DNA from: Octopus vulgaris
Taxonomy: Eukaryota
Length of the DNA stretch: 64,000 bases
NCBI GenBank assembly: GCA_951406725.2
Contig: OX597826.1
Coordinates: 67,890,001 to 67,954,000, forward strand
Direction of reading: 5' to 3'
In this document: one piece after another, positions 50,982 to 64,000 of the stretch
How the letters are laid out: every line of letters starts with the position of its first letter
Position numbering within the stretch: the stretch's first letter is position 1
Notes under the pieces: generated by a model
The model's input: the letters and a program-made list of their open reading frames with translations, nothing else
Database searches by the model: none
What the model was told of the DNA's origin: nothing
Translations under genes and position numbers: made by a program

Positions 50982-50982
<1 letters not shown>

Positions 50983-51062
<80 letters not shown>

Positions 51063-51184
51063 GTAACTATCTATCTATCTATCTATCTACCTATCCATCT
51101 GTCTGTCTGTTTGTCTGTCTGTCTGCCTACCTGCCTGCCTGCCTGTCTGTCTGCCTGTCCACCTGCCTGCCTGTCTGTCTGTCG

Positions 51185-51271
<87 letters not shown>

Positions 51272-51357
51272 ATGTCTGTCTGTTTGTCTGTCTGTCTGCC
51301 TACCTGCCTGCCTGCCTGTCTGTCTGCCTGTCCACCTGCCTGCCTGTCTGTATGTCG

Positions 51358-51454
<97 letters not shown>

Positions 51455-51455
51455 C
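50983..51455. repeat. (CTAT)n with a duplicated (CTGT/CCTG) block
   Basis: Block at ~51098-51186 repeated at ~51273-51360, each followed by (CTAT)n. Confidence 0.92.
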
Positions 51456-51654
51456 GTATTTCTGTCGCCCACTATCCTCATCCCAGTTTTATTTGATCTA
51501 TTTTCTTCTGTCTCCTGTATAGGTCCTCTTGTGCTATACTTCTGTCTGTCTGTCTCTATCTCTGCCTCTGCCTGTTGCCTTCCTCTCTGTCCCCCCTCTC
51601 TCTCTATCTATCGATCTATCAGCTAATCTATACCTTTCTATCAACTTTGTAGAG

Positions 51655-51820
51655 ATGAGATTAATCATTTACCTCGAGCTGAGTATGTGACTGATACTAA
51701 TTTTATGAAACTCAGAATGATGAAAACGGATTTCGGCGGGATTTGATCTCAGACCGTAAAGGTAACAGTCCAATACCTTTTTTCTGGGTACTTTGACAGT
51801 TCTGCCAATCAACCATTCTT
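51655..51820 (-). mobile_element. Highly diverged family-A SINE
   Basis: TCGGCGGGATTTGATCTCAGA.CGTAAAG, TTCTGCCA. Confidence 0.6.
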
Positions 51821-51939
51821 AACAATAAATGGAATATCAAATCTGAAATGCGTGTTAATATTGTTTGCTACATAATCAATTATCCAGTTAATGGTACACC
51901 AGCCGGTTAGTTCGATACTCTGTAAGAATATGCATAGAT

Positions 51940-52538
51940 AAGGCGGCGGCAGAAACGTTTGCGCGCCGAGCGAAATGCTTAGCGGTATTTCGTCTGCCGT
52001 TACGTTCTGAGTTCATATTCTGCCGAGGTCGACTTTGCCTTTCATCCTTTTGAGGTCGATGAAATAAGTACCAGTTACGCACTTGGGTCGATGTAACCCA
52101 CTTAATACCTTTGTCTGTCCTTGTTTGTCCTCTCTGTGTTTAGCCCCTTATGGGTAGTAAAGAAATAGGTATTTCGTCTGCCGTTACGTTCTGAGTTCAT
52201 ATTCGGCCGAGGTCGACTTTGCCTTTCATCCTTTTGGGGTCGATGAAATAAGTACCAATTACGCACTTGGGTCGATGTAATCCACTTAATACCTTTGTCT
52301 GTCCTTGTCTGTCCTCTCTGTGTTTAGCCCTTTGTGGGTAGTAAAGACATAGATATTTCGTCTGCCGTTACGTTCTGAGTTCATATTCGGCCGAGGTCGA
52401 CTTTGCCTTTCATCCTTTTGGGGTCGATGAAATAAGTACCAATTACGCACTTGGGTCGATGTAATTCACTTAATCCACTTTGTCTGTCCTTGTTTGTCTC
52501 CTCTATGTTCAGCCCCTTGTGGGCAATAATGAAATATA
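51940..52538 (+). mobile_element. Family-A SINE trimer (184-bp units) within one 17-bp TSD
   Basis: Units start TATTTCGTCTGCC at 51986, 52170 and 52354. TAAGAATATG(C/T)ATAGAT at 51923-51939 and 52539-52555. Confidence 0.92.
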
Positions 52539-53140
52539 TAAGAATATGTATAGATTCTAATCCTCCGGATCAGGATAAATGTCAAAACTGATGTTCATTT
52601 TCCTGTAGGCAAAAACAGAAAGAAAAAAAAAAACAGGACGGATTAACCGTCGATTCAAGTTTGAATATAATTAGAACCGATTATCCTTTTGCCATTAAAT
52701 ATCCTGTCCTTAATGAATTGGTCAGTGAAATTTGCATAAATTGGACGTACATTGATGATGTTGTTAATTACTTAATTGCCAGCTAGATAATATGCGCGGA
52801 AAAATGCTTGCTTATATATTGATCTAAACGTTTTCATTTGTGGATCACAACAATTCCTACCAACTTCCAGTGCTTTTAAAGATATACTGTAATGTACAAT
52901 CCAATTTACCTAGGCATTGTTGAAAACAGGATAATAAAATAATCGACCGAATCTACTACAGCGCTACATATGTCAATCAAACCATTTTCAGTTAGTGTTT
53001 ATAAATAAACATTAACTATTACTTTCATGCTGCTATGATATTTTTATAGTTTTATTGAATGAGTTATGTTTCCTTTGATTTTTCTCATGCATAGTGTTTT
53101 ATATTTGATTGCTTAATACATATCGATATCTTGCATAATA

Positions 53141-53349
53141 ATATAAGACGGTGAAGTGGCTGAGTCGTTAATTCACCGGGAAAATTATATAGCGACATTT
53201 CGTCCGTCTTTACTTTCTGAATTCAAATTCTACAGGAGTCGACATTGCCTTTCGCAGAGAAAATAAATACCAGATGAGTACTGGGGTCAATATAATCGAC
53301 GTAGCTAGCCCACCGAAATTGCTGGCCTTGTGCGAAAATTAGAAACCGG
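53141..53349 (+). mobile_element. Family-A SINE with 14-bp TSD
   Basis: TATCTTGCATAATA at 53127-53140 and 53350-53363. Confidence 0.85.
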
Positions 53350-53930
53350 TATCTTGCATAATATATTTGTTACCTAACCCTTCACTACCTGTTAAACATA
53401 GGATAAAGTCGACCTACCTCCTCTTTTCTCGACTCTACGCTGTCCCTTCCAATTTTCTCTAATTGAATCCCTGCTTTTTTGTCTGTTCTACTTAAACTAT
53501 CATGCTCATTTCATCCTCAGGGGAAGGCCATTCTCTCACGGGTATTTTTGGTTTTGAATTGCCATGATTCTTCTGGAATTTTGCATTTTTTGTATGTAAG
53601 GGTATTGGCTCTATATTTAATTCTACGATGAGGCGGTCCATATTAATCTAGCCTATATCCATTGAAGTTATGTTGGATAGTATCTATGTACTAATCACAA
53701 AACATAATTGATGCTTACATGAAAATATCTTGACAAAGATAAGACTAAATTTCTTTAACAAACTGTTAAACAAAGATCTTATCAAAACGGCATCCGTCCC
53801 ACATTACAATGATCTATCTGAACCAACATCTTTTATAGAATCGTCCCACTCTATGTAGGCTGCCCCTATATTCCTGGAGTAGTAAGAATTCTTATAAATA
53901 CACAAGATGCAGTTCACCTGAAGCCAAAAT

Positions 53931-53980
<50 letters not shown>

Positions 53981-54106
53981 CATACACACACAAAGGATGC
54001 CAGGAAGAAACCCAAACTACTTTTATGAAATGACGAATGGGTTGGAACTAGATAAGCTCGGCGTGGCAAATCCTCATTACCTATTTTATTTAGAATTTAT
54101 TTAGAA

Positions 54107-54402
54107 TAGGCGCAGGAGTGGCTATGTGGCAAGTAGCTTGCTTAACAACGACATGCTTCCGGGTTCAGTCCCACTGCGTGGCACCTTGAGCCTTTGTGTG
54201 TATATGTTCGTGTGTCCTCCACCCCCAACATCGATTGACAACTGATGCTGCTGTGTTTACGTCCCCGAAACTTAGCGGTTCGGCAAAAGAGTTCGATAAA
54301 ATAAGTACTAGGCTTACAAAGAATAATCCTGGGGGTCGATTTGCTCGACTAAAAGTGGTGCTCCAGCATGGCCGCAGTCAAAATGACTGAAGCAAATAAA
54401 AG
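54107..54402 (+). mobile_element. Family-B SINE with internal deletion
   Basis: Head and 3' tail match 34295-34680. Confidence 0.9.
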
Positions 54403-55474
54403 TGTAAACGAGTATGTGTGTGTGTGTGTGTATGTGTGTGTGTGTTTGTGTGTGTGTGTGTGAGTGTGAGTAAGGAGGTATATTCTGTTGCCAAATAAAT
54501 TTGCTCTTTTCCCTTCTTTTTGAAAGTAAAAGGGTAATTTGTTTCACAAGCAGAATCATCAAACCAGTTTACAGTTTTATAAATTTTTCAGAACACCATT
54601 TTTTTTAAAGAATCAAATTTCATATCAACGGACAACTTCTTAAGTATCAAAAATATATGAAGGATTCTATGTAATCAATTTTATTTAAAGCAATACGCAG
54701 ACAGCAATAGTCGATTAAAGCAATTAATTTTGAAGTTGATTAATGGACATCTACTACTAATTATTGTTCATCCAAATCAGGGTTAATCTCAGGAATTTCA
54801 AAAATTTCGTGTCATTAAAGTTAAGTCCAAATTCATGTAGCTCGTTCATATATCATTCATCAGAATTCAGCATCTGGCCCAGTAATCGCCTATACGAGCA
54901 TCGTCGAAATATTAAACATTTTACTAAGTTGATTTCTAATATCGTTGTTAAATACTCAAGTGAAGGGAATGTGACCGAGCGGTTGTCTATACTGATACCA
55001 TAATTCAAAAGAGACCTGGTTCAGTCCAAATGGTAGATGATATACGAATGTATAAGAAGAGATGCTTATGTATATATATATATATATCATAGCAATGAGT
55101 AATTTTGTAGGATGGTTCGAATGGTAAGCGTTTAGGATGTTCAAATTTAAGACCGACTTAAGATTATTGTATTAGCAGCAGCTAAAATTACCTCACAGTT
55201 TTTTTTTCTCACCCGATAGATGTAGCGACCTTCTTGATAATGTGACAAATATTATTAACTGGAATGTACTTAACTAAGTACCGAATACAACAGTTCAGAG
55301 ATTCGGAGGGATAACTCGAGATATATGTCAACGATGAAACTTAAAAGTGGGGTTAAAAGGGATCAGTCCCTGCTCATTGGCCGAAAAAGTGCTCGTCTTT
55401 GAAGTGTTGCTGTCTGAGACCGTCAACATCATCGCAAGCTTTTAGAAGAAAAAGAAATTGCTCCTTATATGTTG

Positions 55475-55686
55475 GTTTCAAATATTGGTACAAACCCAGA
55501 AATTTTGCAGAGGAGCTAAGTCGATTACATCGACCCAAGTGTTCAACTGTTATTTACTTTATTGACCCTGAAATGATAAACGCCCAATTTGCCCTCGACG
55601 GAATTTGAACTCAGAACGTAAAGACAGACGAAATGCTGGTAAGTATTTTGTCCGGCATACTAACAATTCTGCCGTCACACCGCCTA
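55475..55686 (-). mobile_element. Diverged family-A SINE
   Basis: GTCGATTACATCGACCC, GGAATTTGAACTCAGAACGTAAAGACAGACGAAATGC. Confidence 0.82.
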
Positions 55687-58309
55687 AATTGCTCTTCATG
55701 AGAAGGATATTGGCTGACGTCGAAACGAAAGTTGACCATACCAAATTTGCTGCATGAAGTTCCTTCCACTCTAAGTATTCTTGAAATTCTATAGCCTGAA
55801 AAACAAAACTACTTAATATTGATAAACTTACAACAACATTTAGGCCGTATCCATCCAGTTTCGAATTTAACTTTTGTTTAACTAGTATGTTGTACGAAGT
55901 CCCTGTTAGTAGTTAACTTCCACTTTCGTAACGAATGAACCTAAATCAATGAACATAAATGACTTTAATTATTTGTTGGTAGATAAAATTATTAATTGCT
56001 CTTAAGCATCGTGGGTGGCTTTAGTATAAACAGTGGGCAGTAACACTTGCCAGACGTATGTGGAATTGGTGGACAAAGCATTCATGATGAACTATAAATT
56101 GTCTTAAATTATGGCTATCTCTGTGGAAATTGGTAGTCTCTGCGGATATCCTGAAATGAATGGAAACCAGATCGAACCATTCGTATTTCTGTCCACAGAG
56201 AAATAGAAAAAGATATTAGTTGATGTTTGTATAAGTGTATTTAACTACGTGCCGCAATGATAGTTAAAAGCGTTACACTACGTATATGGGTGTAACGTAA
56301 TGCGCATTTCAAAGTATCGAATATGCGCTGTTTGGGGTATCAATAATTATATAATTCCCAAGAACAATTATGACAACCGCATAAACAAGAACAATAATAC
56401 AGTTAACAATTAAAAAAAAATCATATGGAATATAACAATAAGAATATCAAAAACAACAATAATAGTTAATAAGGAAAATGATTATTAATATCAACAGTAA
56501 TAATCAATAACAAAAATAATAATTAAGAACACCGCCAACATCAACAATAACGTCAACAACCTGAATAGCAACGACAACATGGCCTACATGAAAAATTACT
56601 ACAATAATTATAACAACAAAAATCGAAAATTACATGGCCAATATGAAAAAAAATATATATACATTTACAAAGAAAACAATAATAATAGCAATAAGAACAA
56701 GAACAACAATACAAACATTAAGATCAACAGCTGCACATGTGACTCTGGAAGTGATATAGAAAATAATCTTCAAAACCGTATGCATGATCACATTATCAAT
56801 TTCATAATATGCCATAACTAGTTGTTTTATTTTGTCTAATTATATTCACAGTATTAATTTCATATTATCACATCATTTCTATGTCTTTCATCTGTTTCTA
56901 TTAAATATCCACCCTTATTCCATCCGTTTAACAAATTCGAGTTATTATCGCTCAGTGTTTGTTTCTCTGTGTGTGTTTGCGCATATATGTGACTACGTAC
57001 GTACATCTCTCTATTACGTATGCTTGTGTGTTTGTGTTCTTTGATACGTGTTCTTTAATTCTCTTCGGCTAAGTGTATGTATGAGCGTTTGCCAGAATAT
57101 ATTTGTCAATGTGGATACATGTGTTTTCTACCTAATATTTGCTTGTATGTATATATGTATGTGTGTATATGTGCGTTTTTCTGCTGAGTATTTGCATGTG
57201 TGAAAGCATATATGTTTTACGGATGCCTGTGTGAGCGGTCTTGAGTGTATGCTAGAATGTAACTTCTTGATGCGGTAATGTATTTATTATGATCATATCT
57301 GTCGAAATATTCGCTCGCTCTGTTATAATAATGCTTCATATTAATGTATGCTATTGTCAGAAACATCGTATTAAGATCAGGTATGATAAGATATATTTCA
57401 GTAATTGTCATTCATACTGCTTATAAATCATACATCATATGATTAATGATGAGGAGTCAAATGCAGAGACGTAAATTTCACTACCCACTACGGTGCTAAA
57501 CTAATTTCTAAATGCCTTGTGGATTAGCTACATATTCCATGCTACATATTCCATGTTGAGTGAAGTAAACGTAGTATGTCATCTTCGATACCCCTGCTGC
57601 ATTTCGAAGAAGAGAAACTATAGAATAGATGTGTCTACATAATAAAGATACTCGTAGTTTCAGAGAAATGATTTATAATTTTATAATTGGCCACTCTTCT
57701 CTCTATACAGTTAACATAGGCTCAGAACCTAACGATCTGGTTTTCATTGCCTATATGTCTAATAAGTACAAAATATATTCGGTCAAATTCTCTTATTGAA
57801 ATATAAACAAAATCTGCCCTGAAGTATATATTTTCTCAACAGTATGAAAATGTTGCTGAGACGGCAATACTTAGATGAGCAGGAATAGAGGCCATACAAC
57901 AAATATATACGCACTTCGGCTCATAAGATTGAGTTGTGTCGGTATTAAAGTTATTTACGTTTTTTTAAGAAGAATGATTTCAGATTTACATGTAATTGTA
58001 CTTGAGTTTCGGGGGCGAATAGAGCTACGATTCCATTTAAAGACAGCGAACAAGGTCAATTTCATTAATTTTCTCAAGAATCTACCATTTCATATGAGCC
58101 GAATTTCACAGCTTAAAAAAATATACAAGGATAGGATGGTATAAATGTACTTTTCATAAGCTATCCCATATTTCTACTCCCCTGTACACAATCTGACCCA
58201 CACACATACATATACGCACACAGGTTTTTATATGTATATGACTATTGTCTGTGCATTGCACTTACTCAGCATTACCTGACACATTTGGGTCTAATTAACA
58301 CCATTACCT

Positions 58310-61230
<2,921 letters not shown>

Positions 61231-61694
61231 TCCTGTCTTTGTATATATTTCGACTAAAAATTTTGCTCAAATAGCTTTGGCTGAAATCGTTTTTATGTTA
61301 TCAGATACATTGTCGAAGTAAGTTAATGGTAAATGATGAAGTTCCACTAAGTAAAAAACGTTAAAGAAATGAAAACGAAGACGCCAATATCTTTTATAAC
61401 ACTTATGTACGCCATATCTATTTATTTCTGATTATGTTCGTTTCCTTTTTCATAATTCCTTTATATTTATATCGTTGTTGTTGTTGTTGTATTTTTACCT
61501 TATTTGGACGTCTATTTTGCTCTTATCTTTATTTCTTACTTTAATTTCTCCTCTTGTGAATCAAACAGAAAATGTGATTAAGTAAGAAACTGTTGCTTAA
61601 CAATGAAATTACGTCGTTATTAGACGAATCTGGTGTGTGCACAGATGTACGAGACTGTTTATAACTCAATACATACATACATATACATATACAC

Positions 61695-61764
<70 letters not shown>

Positions 61765-61816
61765 GTTCAAATAAACATACATACCCACACGAACACAAGC
61801 CTATAGGAAAATAACC

Positions 61817-61847
<31 letters not shown>

Positions 61848-61949
61848 TATATGGAAAAAGGAAAATAACTATATATATATATATATAAGGAAAAAGTAAA
61901 ATAACTATATATATATATATATATATATATAAGGAAAAAGGAAAATAAC

Positions 61950-61981
<32 letters not shown>

Positions 61982-61984
61982 TAT

Positions 61985-62326
61985 TCTTTTCTTTTATTCT
62001 TTTACTTGTTTCAATCATTTGACTGTGGCCATGCTGGAGCTGAGCCTTTAGTCTAGCAAATCGACCCCATGACTTATTCTTTGTAAGACCAGTACTTAAT
62101 CTATCGTTCTTTTTTTCCGAACCGCTAAGTTACGGGGACGTAAACACACCAGCATCGGTTGTCAAGCGATAATGGTGGGGCAAATACAGACACACAAATC
62201 CATTCACACGGCTTTGATCGGTCCGAGGCTAAGTAGAAGAGAGTTGCCCAAGTTGTTACGCAATGGGACTGAACCTGGAACCATGTAGTTCATAAGCAAG
62301 CTACTTACCACATAGCCTCTCCTACG

Positions 62327-62330
<4 letters not shown>
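61985..62330 (-). mobile_element. Family-B SINE, near full length
   Basis: Reverse complement of 34295-34680 from head (CCTACGCC) to tail (TTTTACTTGTTTC). Confidence 0.9.
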
Positions 62331-62385
<55 letters not shown>

Positions 62386-62439
62386 TTGCAAACTTATATT
62401 TAAGTGTACATATACACATACAAGAATATATACATATAA

Positions 62440-62480
<41 letters not shown>

Positions 62481-63234
62481 TGTATGTATGTATACGTATG
62501 TATATGTGCGTGTGTATACGGGTGTGGAAGATTTGCAATACTAAAGTCTCATCTGATGTTTCTAATCACAAAGCGAACATCATTGCTGGTGTTTTTCCTT
62601 GCTGTTGTTATTGTCATCATCTTCGACTCGCTGCAATTGTTGGTGTTGTTGTTATTGTTGTTATCTTTGTGGAGTTCGCCGCCTTAGTTACAGTTTTTGT
62701 TGTTGCGATTGTCGTTGTTTGGCTGCAGGTTAGACTTGATCAAGCAGATCGATGAAATGACAGAGAGATCCTATGATAGTCTTTATTGAAACTGTATTTC
62801 CAATATTCGGATGTGATCTTGAGAGCGATTAATCTACGTTTTGTTGATTAGACTCAAGTCAACTTTTATCGATTCAAAACCAATGATCAAACGTTTTCCA
62901 ACCATGACTATCACATGTTTTTTTTTCCTCTTAAGAAAATGCAGTGATTGCATAGTCTAATATCAGTTTTCTACTTTCAAGACGAGTGAATAGTTTGCAG
63001 TAAAATGCTCTGCTCTTTCTAGCTCATAAAACACCTACGTTGGAGCTCACAAAACGTCTCGCTTTTCTTTTTTATGATGATGGTCGTTGCGTTGGAGACG
63101 CTGATAATCTCATCGTTCCACTTGTGTGTTGTTTCCTGGTCAATTCTGTCACAGATTATTTCGATAATATTCAGGTAGACCTAACAAGAATGTCGTTCCA
63201 TCCGTGCCAATTTAATTTCATCATATATATATAT

Positions 63235-63312
<78 letters not shown>

Positions 63313-63339
63313 TAGATGTATATAATTGGATATATATAT

Positions 63340-63410
63340 AATTGGATGTTTAACATACCCCTTTGAAGGATTTCTTTTCCTACATATATATATGTACGTG
63401 TGTATGTATA

Positions 63411-63461
<51 letters not shown>

Positions 63462-63478
63462 TATACATACACACGTAC

Positions 63479-63525
<47 letters not shown>

Positions 63526-63604
63526 CATAGACGTATACATACACACGCACATATATATATGTAGGAAAAGAAATCCTTCAAAGGAATATGTTAAACATCC
63601 AATT
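63340..63604. repeat. Inverted duplication around a microsatellite
   Basis: AATTGGATGTTTAACATA..CCTTTGAAGGATTTCTTTTCCTAC (63340-63383) and its reverse complement (63561-63604); complementarity continues into the microsatellite arms. Confidence 0.9.
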
Positions 63605-63744
63605 CGCCGGTACTTCAGTTGGATACCATATAAATATTGGTATAATTCAATAACAAAGATAAATTAAATATAGAGATAATCTATTGACATATTCAATAAT
63701 TTATTTATATTAAAATATTATATTAAATACTATGAATATAATAT

Positions 63745-63805
<61 letters not shown>

Positions 63806-64000
63806 TATATATAATATATATATTTAATTTACCTTTATATATGTGTGTGTGAGTTAGGGGTTACAATAACCGACTAAGGGATGAAATATCCGTATATACT
63901 ATTCGTATCCGTAACCTGTATTATCCACAGGCGTCGCTGTGCAGCTAACAACAGGATAAACAAGAGTTTATCAGGGACCAATACAAATGATCAGAAACTG

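Overview
AT-rich, eukaryotic, apparently non-genic (intergenic or intronic) DNA. The repeat landscape of dense (TA)n/(TATG)n/(CTAT)n/(AAT)n/(TTC)n/(ATC)n tracts plus several tRNA-derived SINE families looks like an octopus genome; this is recognition by eye, not a database hit. No intact protein-coding gene, rRNA, genuine tRNA or CRISPR array is supported, and most ORF-track entries are microsatellite translations. Supported content: (1) many tRNA-derived SINE copies from at least 4 families, several with clear target-site duplications (TSDs); (2) relics of a Chapaev3-type DNA transposon, a Helitron helicase, non-autonomous Helitrons, a CR1-group LINE 3' end and an RTE LINE; (3) a ~170-bp palindromic MITE-like element, a 26-bp minisatellite and a cryptic old satellite; (4) a decayed C-type-lectin-like fragment. 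The most interesting signal is six minimal type-I hammerhead ribozyme (HHR) motifs from four unrelated short element families, mostly lodged in (TA)n/(AAT)n tracts as expected for Penelope-like element derivatives. One is fused behind a tRNA-type Pol III head, making a candidate ribozyme-tailed SINE. Second is a SINE family that inserts as head + tandem headless units with a fixed junction inside a single TSD. All alignments and folds were done by eye.
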